64,000 nt of DNA. Origin: Phaeosaccion multiseriatum (lineage: Eukaryota; Protista; Ochrophyta, other classes). How positions within the stretch are numbered: position 1 is the stretch's first letter; each line of letters opens with the position of its first letter. The DNA lies in NCBI GenBank assembly GCA_965112735.1, contig OZ218963.1, positions 2,666,001-2,730,000 on the forward strand. Direction: 5' to 3'. Position numbers and translations under genes: made by a program. Below are positions 24,474 to 35,913 of this stretch, one piece after another. The notes beneath the pieces were generated by a model, which ran no database searches, had not been told where the DNA came from, and saw only the letters and a program-made list of their open reading frames with translations.

Positions 24474-25105
24474 TGTAAGAAGGCTTCCTTTTGCTAGGCT
24501 GGCAGCTATCCACTGAATATTCACGGGGGTAGCTGCCAGCCTAGCAAAAGGAAGCCTTCTTACATGCCTGTCAGTTAAGGTCGATCCTTCCCCCCCCTTC
24601 GAAAAACTCCTCCGAAAACCTTGGGGGGGTAACTGCCTAGGATTTCTCCCACACCGAGCCCGTTACCTCGAATTTCAGTGTCATGCCCTACTTTCGCCCT
24701 CGGAAATTTTCTCACCATCCTCAGAATCGAACCCCGTCTGGGCATGTAAGAAAGCATCCTTTTGCTAGGCTGGCAGCTATCCACTGAATATTCACGGGGG
24801 TAGCTGCCAGCCTAGCAAAAGGAAGCCTTCTTACATGCCCAGACGGGGTTCGATTCTGAGGATGGTGAGAAAATTTCCGAGGGCGAAAGTTGGGCATGAC
24901 ACTGAAATTCGAGGTAACGGACTCGGTGTGGGAGAAATCCTAGGTAGTTACCCCCCCAAGGTTTTCGGAGGAGTTTTCGGAGGGGGGGGAAGGATCGACC
25001 TTAACGGACAGGCATGTAAGAAGGCATCCTTTTGCTAGGCTGGCAGCTACCCCCGTGAATATTCAGTGGATAGCTGCCAGCCTAGCAAAAGGATGCCTTC
25101 TTACA
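24474..25105. mobile_element. HP-B head-to-head dimer (hairpins 24474-24564, 24745-24835, 25015-25105)
   Basis: Three full 91-bp hairpins and two inverted internals. The flanks differ (no TSD), so it sits at a rearrangement junction. Confidence 0.92.
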
Positions 25106-27030
25106 GTCTCATACATCCAATAACGACTGGCCTGCATAGGCTCCAGGTTCTGCTCTGCCTTGCTCTGCTCTGCCTTGCTCTGCCCTGCCCTGATCTGGCT
25201 GCTCTGCTCTCTGTTGTGCTGTACGCTGCCTTCGTTGCACTCTCTGCAGCGCTCTTGCGGCGCTGTCTGCCGCTCTGTCCGACACACTGCCTGCTGGGGC
25301 TCTGCCGGCTGTGGCTCTACCCTCTGCTGCTGCTGTGCTGTCTGACTCTTCTCTTGTGTCTCCGTTGGCTCTGCCTGCTGCCGCTCTCGCTGTGCGACTG
25401 ACTCTGCCTGCCTCTTCTCTCTCTGAGCTGCCGGCTCTCCCTGCCGCTGCTCTGCTGTTGGACAAATCTGTGTCTCTGCTGGCTCTGCCTGCTGTCGCTC
25501 CCGCTGTGCGGCTGGCTCTGCCTGCCTCGTCTCTCTCTGAGCTGCCGGCTCTTCCTGCCGCTGCCCTGTTGTCGGACACCTCTGTGTCTCTGCTGGCTCT
25601 GCCTGCTGCCGCTCCCGCTGTGCGGCTGGCTCTGCCTGTCTGCTGTCTTTGCCCCTCTCGGGAGTGGGTCCGTCCCTGCATGACGCTGCACATACTCTCC
25701 CGCCCGGCAGCGGAGTGTCCAATGCTACCTGCTGAGCCACGGTAGACTTTCTCGTCGGTGCCACTGCCTCTACGTGCCGGTCTGCTTGCACTACTTCTGT
25801 CTGCTTTTCCGCCCGCGCTGCCTGCTGCTGTTCGCGCTGCTCTACCGGTTCTGCCTGCGGCTTCTCCGTCTGCACCGCCGGCTGCCGTACTTGCTTATCT
25901 ACCGGTTCTGCCTGCACCAGATGCTCCGTGCTCTCCCCAATTCTCTCTCTCTCCGTGGGACTCAGGTCAGTCCCCACAAGCCCACGGCTTGCTCCTACCC
26001 CTACCGAGTTTTCTACTCCTGGGTATGTCTGGACGGCCTCTGCTGCCATCGACTCTGTTTGCCCCGGCTCTCGCTGCCGTGGCTCTACGTGCTGCTCCTC
26101 AGACAGTTGCGGCTCTGTCTGCTCAGACTCTGCACGCACTGGTTGCTGCTCTGCCTCTTCCGGCTCGGCACGCTCTGGTTGCTGCTCTGCCTCCTCCGGC
26201 TCTGCACACGCTAGTTGCTGCTTTGCCTCCTCCGGCTCTGCACGCTCTAGTTGCTGCTCTGCCTCCTCCGGCTCTGCACACGCTAGTTGCTGCTCTGCCT
26301 CCTCCGGCTCGGCACGCTCTAGTTGCTGCTTTCTCAGACCTCCGCCTCGCGAAGTCCTCCCAAGCCGCTACCTTCTTTCCAAAGGCCGCTATTTCACTGC
26401 AGTAGGCCGCTATTTCACGACAGTCTTCGACGTTTCCATAGTTCGCTACTTCTATATAGCGCTCCCTCACTTTCTTCATGAGAGATTGTGCCTTCTCCAA
26501 CTCTGTCCAGGCTGCCAATTCCTCTGTCAATAGCTCCAGTTCTTTCGTGTAAGCAGCTAACTGCCGCTCCGATTCGCTTTCATTGTCAGGAACGGCTGTC
26601 TCTCCAACTGTTCCTTCTTTCAGCTCGGAAGAGAAGGTTTGCACCTTTGACTTGTAGCTCAAACAAATCAGAGAGCTGCTGCTACCGCTGCTGCCCCCCG
26701 TGCTGCCTCCCCCTCCCGCTATGGTGCCGCCACTGCTTGACGCACCTCCGGGGTCTCCTGCCCCTGACACAACAGAGCTTCCCGCTGCTGATCCTGTGTC
26801 TAACTTGGCCAATAAGTTGGTCAGGTTTGCTATCTGCTGGCTGCTGTTGCTGCTTATTTTGCTCCTGCATTTGCATAAACAGCTCCTGAGGAGACATATC
26901 GCCTCCACCTGCTCCGACGTCAGCGAACTCTTCCTCCCCATCCCCTTTCTGCTCTGTCCCGCTAGCATGCCCCCCAGGCATGGGTACCGCAAGACAGGAC
27001 CACGTCCCCTGTTGATTTACACTCACTTCG

Positions 27031-30000
27031 TGTTGCCTTCAGATAGGCTACACTACCCACTTAGATGAATAAAGCTTTATTGTAGCCAATCCCGCTATCG
27101 CTAGCAAGTCGGAAAGTGAGCCAATATTTGAAGAGATGGGTGCAAGGTTGTAAAGTTTGGAGGCCTTGCCTCAGCTCTAGTAAAGAATCGAGTCTCCTTT
27201 AGCTTTAGGGTGGATAAGCTAAGAGTGAGGGAGCGCCACAGACTACTACTCCCGGTGGGCTGTGTGCCACCTCATTGTGCCACGTAAGATGTCATATGGG
27301 CATGGTGACAGTTACACGTACTAAGGCAATGAATATGAGGCTGTAGGGGCAACACTTCCCCCTCGAGAGAGAAGCTCGACTAACGAGAGCGTGACTAAAC
27401 TAAATGCTAAAAGAGAAGATGAGAAAGAGAGAGAACATGTTCATATGAATAAAAGTAACCAAAAAGGGTTCCCGAAGGGTTTCCTTATCGGCGGCCTGCT
27501 CGCGGGCGTCGGCGTGACGAGGGGCCGCGAGACCGAAGGAAGCGCTTAGCATCCTCCGCCAAAGAGCGACGAGGGAAAGAGGAGAGGAATTGCTCTAAAA
27601 GAGCAGGAACGTCATCATTCATGACTGTCAAAGGTTCCCAAGTATCGTCGGTGGCATTGAAGCCCTTCCAGGAGGTGTGAACCTGCCAGGGAGCGCCTTG
27701 AGAGGGACGTTGTAGGTCCTTGAAGGCGGAGACGACCCAGGAGGCTGAGTCGTGTGAGATCTGCTTAAGTAGCTCAGTACTGACATTGAGATGCTGGTCA
27801 GCGTAGTAGCGCAAGCGGCAAGCGTGCACTTCAGAGGTTTGCTTCGAGACAAGGTGTTGCACTTTGTAGACCAGAGTGTCAATCTCCTCCAGCACTTTAT
27901 AAGGGCCTTGCCACACTCCAGAGAGCTTGGAGTAGCGGCTGTTGGAAGCGACAAGGACATAGATGCCCGGCATGTAGAGGCCTTCGTAGTTGAGGGCAGC
28001 CGAGAGAGCCAGCTCCTTGCGGTGTTGATGTCCAAGACGAGTAGTGTCCAGACGACGATTGTGACGGTCGCGAGCCGTCGCCCGCGAGCGCTCAAGTTGA
28101 GCAGCAACCCGTTCGTGTCTCTCTTCAAGAACCGCTTGCAGCTGAGCACCATAGTGGTTGAGCTGTTCAAGAGTTGGCGGCGAAGATTGGAAGTCAACAT
28201 CGAAGCTGTCGCCCTGTTGCAGGACGATATCAAGTGGAGTTGTCGAACGTAGGCCAGTGTGCAGAAAGAGTGGAGTCTCTTTGCGGGTCGAGCTGATCGT
28301 GGTGTTGATGGCAGCTTGGACCAGAGGTGTGATCAGATTGTAGTCGTCCGCGTCAATGCGAAACTCAGAGAGGAGAGAGCGGTAGACTGGAACGACAGTG
28401 CGTACAGCTCGTTCAGCGAGACCATTACTCCAAGCAGAGTATGGAGCCGAGAAGCGATGTTTAGCGCGAAGCTCAGTCGCTAGGCGCTTCATCACATGGT
28501 TGAGGAAGTGACTGCCTCGATCACTCTGCCACTTGCTCACTACTCCGAATGTGCTGAACCAGCGCATCAATCCACCGACAGCTGCGTCTGCAGTGGTGGA
28601 AGCGCATTCGTTGAGCATGGTGTAACCACTGAAGGCATCTTGGATGACCAACAGGTATGGCAAGGAAGTGCAGCCCAAGTCATGCATGTGGACGAAGTCG
28701 AAATGAATCATCTGATTGGGCTTGGTAGGGTGGACCGCACCGCGAAGAGGGCGAGGTATGCGATGCCCATGGGAGTTGGTGAGGCAATGGAGGCAGAGGT
28801 CAACAAAGCGAGTCAGGTCGGCACCAATGGTGTGCCAGTGGAATCGTTCCGAGAGAACGGAGAGAGTGGTGTCGGCAGCGCGATGCCCTGCCGATCCTTG
28901 ATGTGCAATGACAGAGAGTCGGACTTGTAGGTCAATGTCGTCATTGGGTATCCACAGAGGACGTGAAGACGGCGATTGAGGTACCACAATGGCGTCGAGG
29001 TTAGCATCATGCTCCAAAGAAGGAAGGTGCTGCTGAGCTGCAAGCGCTTCGAGAGTGAGCGTGCCTTGGGCAGCCGCTTGAGAAGAGCGAATCTCCGCGA
29101 GAGAGGGCCACTCAAAGTCACTGTCCATGGAGTCGTGCACTGATCCTGGAGAGAAGGTGCGTTGGAGGGCACTCACGCGTACAGTGTGGTCTTCCGGAGG
29201 ATCAAGAGGCTTTGTAGCAGAGCCTGGGACTGAGCGGAAGCGAGAGGTCATGTCACCCCACACGTTCAGCTCGCCACTAAGGTGGGCGATTTCATAATCA
29301 AAGCCCGAGAGGAACACAGACCAGCGTTGCAATCGCTCGCGTGCTGGCTTGTGTACGTCACTGATGATGCTAATGGGCCTGAAGCAGTATTGCAAATTGC
29401 GGTGATCAGTGTAGATGAAGAGATGCACACCAGACATCAGCCAAGGCAGGCGTTCAAAGGACTGGAGGATAGCAAAGGCTTCCTTGTCAATGGTGGCGTA
29501 GTTGAGCTGAGCTCCGGCAAAGCTACCGCTGAGGAAGGCAAGAGGCTCATGGCGCTGTTCGGCGATGGGCTTGCTGAGGTCCTCAATGGGCACTTGCGTC
29601 ACCACATTCCCCCAATGGAGATCACTGGCATCAGGAAAGACACAGCGAGCCTTGTCAGGGTCAGGATGAGCAAGCTTGACTTGATCTGCCAGAGCGTCTT
29701 TCAGAGCTTGAAAGGCTTTGGAGTGCTCAGGGCCCCACCCCACCGAAGAGAGGGAGACGGAGCGAGCGACACGCTTGGTGCGAGGAGTAGGAGCGGCAGT
29801 GGCGTCAGGGTGACGTCTCTGCTTGCGGTTGCCAGCTGCGGAGAAGACGGTTTGGTTGAGCTCTTGCAGAGGAGCGACGAGCTCTGCAAAGCGTGGGATG
29901 CAGTCTCGCATCCAGCCAGCAGCGGCGACGAATTGAATCAACTCAGCACCGTTCTTGGGCTCCTCGAGGTCGAGGAGACCTTGGATCTTGACAGGGTCAT

Positions 30001-30614
30001 GTTTGACGCCGTCGCCATCATAGATCTTCCCGCAGAACTTTTGCGAGTTGCCGATGGATACACCCGAGAGCCCGAGCTTGAAACCGGCCTTGGCGAGTGC
30101 ATCGAGCACAGACTGAAGAATGGAGCGGAACTCTTCCTCCGTGTGGGCCCAGATGGTGATGTTGTCGATCCAGGTAACAAGGTTGGTGCCGAAATGTTCA
30201 GAGAGGCACTTAGCTAGAGTGCTCTGTGCAAACTCACTGGCATTGAGGATGCCTTGAGTCACACGCGTGGGAGTAAACTTCCCGTCAGGGGTGCAGTAGG
30301 TGAGGATCTCTTGGCTGGAGAGATCGAGGGGCAGCTGCCAGAACATGTTGGCAAGGTCAAGCTCACAGAAGAAGCGTGCTCCGCGCATCTTGGCACTGAT
30401 CTCAGAGAGATTGGGCATGGGAAAGCGGGAGCGAAGAGTGCGAAGGTTGACCTCTTGGTAGTCAGCTACCTGCCTGAACTGTCCAGGCTTGCCGGGCTTC
30501 TGATCTACTATTTTCCTGTGGACTTGGTGTACCCATAGGACTTCTACATCTTCTTGGATGGGTATCGATACCCTTGAATGGGCGATATTTTTTGTTGCCT
30601 TCAGATAGGCTACA
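27031..30614 (-). mobile_element. Gypsy element G2 lacking gag/PR; 3' LTR 27031-27354; 5' LTR only a 22-bp remnant (30593-30614)
   Basis: PPT GAGGGGGAAG then TGTTGCC...GGCAACA. TTCG flanks both ends. Confidence 0.8.
27485..30505 (-). CDS. pol: G2 pol: RT, RNase H, integrase, chromodomain (open, but 5'-truncated)
   Basis: FRQVADYQEVN, ELDLANMFWQ, RVTQG, WIDN; FPDASD; HHCC; HFDF...SDRGSHF...NGLAER; GPY; SWKGF...DDTWEP. Confidence 0.9.
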   Translation of the reverse strand, partial: DQKPGKPGQFRQVADYQEVNLRTLRSRFPMPNLSEISAKMRGARFFCELDLANMFWQLPLDLSSQEILTYCTPDGKFTPTRVTQGILNASEFAQSTLAKCLSEHFGTNLVTWIDNITIWAHTEEEFRSILQSVLDALAKAGFKLGLSGVSIGNSQKFCGKIYDGDGVKHDPVKIQGLLDLEEPKNGAELIQFVAAAGWMRDCIPRFAELVAPLQELNQTVFSAAGNRKQRRHPDATAAPTPRTKRVARSVSLSSVGWGPEHSKAFQALKDALADQVKLAHPDPDKARCVFPDASDLHWGNVVTQVPIEDLSKPIAEQRHEPLAFLSGSFAGAQLNYATIDKEAFAILQSFERLPWLMSGVHLFIYTDHRNLQYCFRPISIISDVHKPARERLQRWSVFLSGFDYEIAHLSGELNVWGDMTSRFRSVPGSATKPLDPPEDHTVRVSALQRTFSPGSVHDSMDSDFEWPSLAEIRSSQAAAQGTLTLEALAAQQHLPSLEHDANLDAIVVPQSPSSRPLWIPNDDIDLQVRLSVIAHQGSAGHRAADTTLSVLSERFHWHTIGADLTRFVDLCLHCLTNSHGHRIPRPLRGAVHPTKPNQMIHFDFVHMHDLGCTSLPYLLVIQDAFSGYTMLNECASTTADAAVGGLMRWFSTFGVVSKWQSDRGSHFLNHVMKRLATELRAKHRFSAPYSAWSNGLAERAVRTVVPVYRSLLSEFRIDADDYNLITPLVQAAINTTISSTRKETPLFLHTGLRSTTPLDIVLQQGDSFDVDFQSSPPTLEQLNHYGAQLQAVLEERHERVAAQLERSRATARDRHNRRLDTTRLGHQHRKELALSAALNYEGLYMPGIYVLVASNSRYSKLSGVWQGPYKVLEEIDTLVYKVQHLVSKQTSEVHACRLRYYADQHLNVSTELLKQISHDSASWVVSAFKDLQRPSQGAPWQVHTSWKGFNATDDTWEPLTVMNDDVPALLEQFLSSFPRRSLAEDAKRFLRSRGPSSRRRPRAGRR

Positions 30615-30966
30615 TTCGTTTTCTGCCGCTGAACAATTAAATTGCGGAACCAGCTAGCTGTAGAGATGTTCGCGACAATTGTCGTGTTGCGATGTCCCTC
30701 CCGCACTATGATACGTAAGCTATTGTGTGTGTCAACTAATATATATTGCCCTTAACAGAACCATAAACGTAGTACGAGGCCCAGAGCCCCAGAGTTGAAG
30801 ATCCCAAGTGTGGACGTTATCAATATTGGGCATCCCACAGACCCCAATAATGATCATATCACAACAGGTGGCGGTAAGACAGAAGAATCAGATCAATCAT
30901 CTCCACTGACTTAGCGGTCGCTGAGAAATGAAAAGTGGGCTGGCGTGCTCCCGATCGGCCCAATAC

Positions 30967-31270
30967 TGTGGGGCCGCTACCTTCCTCTGCCTAAGAGTAA
31001 GAAGGTATCCCCAAGCTGAGCGCTGCGTTCCGGCCCCAATATGGGGAGAAGATACCAATGCTAGCACCAAGTGTATTGATAATAAGGACTATCCCACCCT
31101 AAGACCCTGGACAGCCTCCTTGTTAAAAGGAGAGCTATCCACTTGGTCTATACGGGTTCAGGAGTGCGGAGGGGCCAACCAGGCCCTCAAAAAGGCCGCG
31201 TCCCACATCATTGACTTACTACTCTACCTACCAAATAATACGTAATTGAGCCTGTCCCATCTCTACCACA
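30967..31270 (-). repeat. LTR of family C
   Basis: TG...CA, 304 bp, homologous to the solo LTR at 52980-53282. Interrupts the Gy-EXO sister pol. Confidence 0.8.
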
Positions 31271-32968
31271 GATCCCCACCCCAGCAGAGACGAACTGCCC
31301 TGCTTGCATTTCAGCGCGCGTCACACCCGACACCCCGCTATCCACTGCACTCACTTCCACCGCCGATGGCACCGGAACGGCACAAGCCCGCATCTGCGGC
31401 AGCAACTGTAGTAATGCTGCCACATCGTCGAAAGCATAGCTGAGCTGAGCCGCAGTGAGCTCCCGCTGAGTCCAGTCAGTCTTCTGCTCCTCCTTGCTCA
31501 TAAAACGCTGCAGGAACATACTAACCAGGTCCGCTAAGCCAATGGGACGGCAGTGCTCTGGCCACACCTCCTTGAATAGATGGGTCGTGTCGACCAAGTT
31601 GGCGATGGCCCACACATGTGGCGCCAACGCCGGCCACTTCCCTAGTGCACGCTGGTCGTGAGGCCAGTGATGCGCCAGCTTCATGATCCCCCCCCGTCGC
31701 CCCACAGCTCACTCAGCACCGCCGCCAGAGCCTCCATCCCACCATTGCCACTCAAACTGTCCAAATCCACCCAGAACCCACAATCACGCTCCGAATTGGC
31801 GACGCCGCTATACTGGACACCCAATTGCAGCAGCGACGCCGGACGAGGAGGGGTGCGTATAGCCCACTCCGAGTCCATGGCCACCACTGTCGCCTCCCGC
31901 AGTGCCGCCCGCATGGCCCATACCTGCTCCTCCGTGCGTATGTACGTGCACCGAGCTGCTGGCACGTGACTGCGAAACGGCGGCAGCTGAGACCACTCCT
32001 CTATCACCCGTTTCTTCTCGTTGATGTGGGACAGGGTCACTGGAGCCCAACCACATTGCCGCATCTGCTCCACGTGCTGCACCCGAGCCGAACCTAAGCC
32101 GTCTGGCGTCTCGACCGCCACACTGTCCACGCACATCGCCTCCAAACCTGCCGACGCCTGCTGTCGCGCCGTGACAGGCGAGAGTCCCTCCAAAGGCACT
32201 GACTGAGCCGCCACCGCCTCCCCTTGCAACTGCTGCACAGCTGCAACAAACCGCAGAACAGCCCCCTCCACCTGATCCTCCCACTCTAACGCGAGTGTGT
32301 CACCCACCACATCCACCAACGCCACCTCCACTCCCACCGCATCACACCACTCAGTCACTGGCAAGGGGTCGCGTGACAAGCAGTCAGGCACCACAAGCTC
32401 CCGCCCTGGCTTGTGGACAAACTTGAGATGATGCGCAGAGAGCCGTTCATACCACCGAAAGAGCTTTGAGTTGGTGTCTTTGTGTGTCGCCAGCCACAGC
32501 AAGGGTTGGTGGTCCGTCACCACAGTGCAGGGATGGTGGCAAATGTACATGCTCGATTTGCGCACACACCAAACCACCGCCAAGAGCTCGAGCTCCGTAC
32601 TGCCGAGCCGAGCCTCCGTAGGGGTAGTGGCACGACTGATGAACGTAACGACTCGCTCCACCCCTTCGGCATCCCGCTGGTTTAGCACACCCCCTAAGCC
32701 GTCTGCTGAAGCGTCGGTGCTCAGCGTGAACACCGATTCCGAGCCGTAGTGAGGGAAGGCCAACGCTGGAGAGCGGAGCAGGTCCTCGATGAGCCCCTCC
32801 CACGCCGCGTCATGCTTCGGCCCCCACGCTGACCGCACGTCCACCCCTTTGCGCAAGAGCTCATTGAGCGGCCGCACCTTCATGGCAAACGCCGGAATGA
32901 ATTTGCCGAAGTAGCTGAGCATGCCTACAAAACGCCTGACCTGTCGCACCTGATTGCTTGGCTGCGCG
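31271..32968 (-). pseudogene. Diverged Gy-EXO sister pol fragment: RT end, RNase H, DEDDy exonuclease
   Basis: TDAS...TELELLA...TDHQPL; VVAMDSEW...SLLQL...HDQRAL...VDT...TDWTQRELTAAQLSYAFDD. One frameshift near 31690. Confidence 0.9.
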
Positions 32969-33163
32969 TGTTAGAAGTGGCCTAGTTGGGGTCCCTTGGG
33001 GACCCAATCAGTAGTGTAACGGCCGGAAAACGGGCCAACAGACGGTAAATCAGTAATAAAAAAAAGGAAGCGCAGCCTGCGTGTGGGCTGGCTTCCGGGT
33101 GCTTGCTTCAGCTTCTGCTCTGCTCTAGCTTGGCTTTGAGGCTAGCTGTCGGTAGTTTCGACA

Positions 33164-33172
33164 ACCCGGAAG
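33164..33172 (+). promoter_or_regulatory. Non-tRNA primer-binding site ACCCGGAAG, complementary to LTR 33092-33100
   Basis: Immediately follows the LTR CA, has no TGG, and pairs with CTTCCGGGT inside the LTR. Confidence 0.7.
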
Positions 33173-35913
33173 ACCCGAAAGACACAGGTCTGAGATCCAG
33201 CTTTGAGGCTGATTTATTGTGTTGGCTTGAGCTTTGCTTCCAGCTGCCCAGCTTTAGGCCGTAGACAGCTTTGGGCTTGCTAGGGTGGCACTGGCTGAGG
33301 CGGGGATGGACTTCCTGCGTTTCCACGCTGCTAGGGTGGCCATGGCTGAGGAGGGGATGGACTTCCTGAGTCTTTCATCGGCGGAGGGCGCTACGAGTGA
33401 CGCTGAGGGCGGTGGAGCTGATGGTGGTGCTGCGGACGTGGGGTCTGTGGTATCGGAAGCTGCTGCTCCTCCTGCGGAGGTCACTGCCAGCCCTGGGGCT
33501 GTGGACCGTGTGCGGGCGGCGTTGCGTAGGGGGGAGGAGTCCCTGGAGTCGCCCTCTTTTTTTGAGGGGTCTGCGATTACGGCTGCTGCCGCTTCCCCTC
33601 CTGCTGCTGGGGTGAGGCCGCTGCCGGTGGCGGCGTCGGAGGTTTCCTTCCACTCGGGGGATGCAGAGTCGGTGGGCCAGGAGGACTCGGGGGATGCAGA
33701 GTCGGTGGGCCAGGAGGAGAGCACGGTGTGGGATGTGGTTGGCACGCCCTTGGTCCCTCTTGTTGGTGCGTCTGGCGGGGCTCGGGTGGTGGATCAGCCA
33801 GCGGAGGGAGAGAAGACACCGGAGCAGGAGGACACGCGGGTTCTCCAGGAGGGGCTTGAGATGCTGACGCAGCACCAAGCTGCGCAGCTCATGGCGGCCC
33901 AACTGCGGGAGAGCAAGGCGGAGACGGCGGCCCTCCAGCGGGAACTGGAGGTGCTGCGGCTCTCGCGGGGGGCGGAGCAGCAGCGGGAGTTTGCGGTGGA
34001 GCTGCAGCAGCAGGTGGCGGCGGAGCTGCAGCGACAGATGGCGGCGCAGCCGCCGCCGAAGCGGCCGCCTGAGGGTGCTGCCCAGTTGGAGGTGGAGACG
34101 TTGCAGTGGGAGCTGTTAGCGGCGCAGCTCCAGCAGGTTAAGGATGCCGCACCGGGGGGGGTAGAGGTGCTGCAGCAGCAGGTTAAGGATATGCTACAGC
34201 GGGACATGGAACGGCAGCGGGAGCGGGCACGGCAACAGGCCCTGGATGTGCTGCAGGCGCTCGCCCGTCATACGGTGCAGACGATCACGCTGCCCGTGGG
34301 TGCTATCCGTGTGCTCCAGGAGCAGAAACTTCCCTCTCTATTCGATGCGGCTGGACAGCCTCATCCTCGTGCTGTGGTGCTCGCACGCATGTACAACTGG
34401 GTGAGCATTCTGCAAGGACAGGAGATCTTGACTTCTACTGGGTCCGTGCTTCCGGGCCAAGGGCGGGTGATGGAGCAGCGAGTGCTGGCCGACTTGGGTG
34501 CAGTGGATCGGGCCACTGTGTTGGAAGGCCTCAGATGAGATGGGCCATAAGTCAATGGCCCAGGCCCAGGCAGATACAGTGAGAACGGGTGGCGTGGCTC
34601 TCACTATCCTATGTGCGAAGGTGGTCGTTTAGGACTAGCATGCGATAAGTTAATAGAGGCAAGGCTGGCTGCTAGGCTGGCTTTGGGGTTGCTGTTACCT
34701 TGTCCGTGTGTCTAGTTCTATCCTATCTGTAGGCGACAGCGCATGTCGGTCGTGCGTACGTCGTTTTACAACCCCAAAGGCCCGAAAGCAGCACTTAGCC
34801 AAGAGGCTTAGGCAGGGAAGGAAGAGGCGTGTTAGGGGAGCACCGTGCGGCACATAAGCAGTGCCGTACGACGTGCGACAGCAGCGGAGTTGTTGTTGCA
34901 CGGAGAGGCGGGAGTGGAGATAGAATTGCCGGGAGTGGTGTCTACAGCGGGCACGGCTTTCGAGTGTGGCAGCAGCGCGGCTGTTGCTGTTGCACGGAGC
35001 TTGGCGGGAGACAGAGAAGGATACTCGCAAGGCTGCTTTAGGGACTGTCTGGGTGCCTTGCAGGTACACCAGTAAACACTTTAGCAGTCAGCATTAGTGG
35101 TGCGCAACGAGGCTTTCGCAACGCTGGTGGCGAGTAGGAGTGGAGAAAGATATGGTGCGGGTGAGTTTGAGTCGTGGGATCTTCTCATCCGTGAGCCTGT
35201 GTGGGTGAGTTTGAGTCGTGGGATTTTCTCATCAATACAGGGGGTGTGTGTGGGAGGAGCGGTCGCACACATCTGGGTGAGTGTTGCATAATGCTCATCC
35301 GTTTTCTTTTTTTGGAAGCAGCATGGAGGCTTGTGCGACAGTCGAGCTTCAGTAGGCGAATCCGCTTGTGTTGCGTGGGGACACGCAACAGTCTTGTCAA
35401 GGGGATGTTGGAAGTGGCGGATAGCTATTGGGGATGTTGGAAGGCCCCGGGATAGGCATTGGGGATGTTGGAAGGCCTCAGATGAGATGGGCCATAAGTC
35501 AATGGCCCAGGCCCAGGCAGATACAGTGAGAACGGGTGGCGTGGCTCTCACTATCCTATGTGCGAAGGTGGTCGTTTAGGACTAGCATGCGATAAGTTAA
35601 TAGAGGCAAGGCTGGCTGCTAGGCTGGCTTTGGGGTTGCTGTTACCTTGTCCGTGTGTCTAGTTCTATCCTATCTGTAGTGTCGAAACTACCGACAGCTA
35701 GCCTCAAAGCCAAGCTAGAGCAGAGCAGAAGCTGAAGCAAGCACCCGGAAGCCAGCCCACACGCAGGCTGCGCTTCCTTTCTTTTATTACTGATTTACCG
35801 TCTAGTTGGCCCGTTTTCCGGCCGTTACACTACTGATTGGGTCCCCAAGGGACCCCAACTAGGCCACTTCTAACATCCCCCTCACTACACCCCCGCCTCT
35901 TCCGCCAGCTCCC

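Larger units (their letters stand above)
25106..30866 (-). mobile_element. Copia-2, a relative of Copia-1: 5' LTR 30685-30866, interrupted by G2, truncated at the HP-B dimer
   Basis: LTR ends and leader are homologous to Copia-1. 25106-26330 is homologous to 21146-22000, including 30-nt tandem repeats. Confidence 0.75.

Noticed and set aside
24836-24900. Hammerhead ribozyme (retrozyme) in the HP-B internal: CTGAGGA...CGAAAG
   Set aside because: Stem II is not closed by a base pair, no NUH site pairs with the strand after GAAA, and the copy at ~22495 reads CTGTGGA.
30506-30706. N-terminal ~65 aa of the 1073-aa ORF as part of pol
   Set aside because: It reads through the Copia-2 LTR and leader and the G2 LTR remnant; it is a chance open frame.
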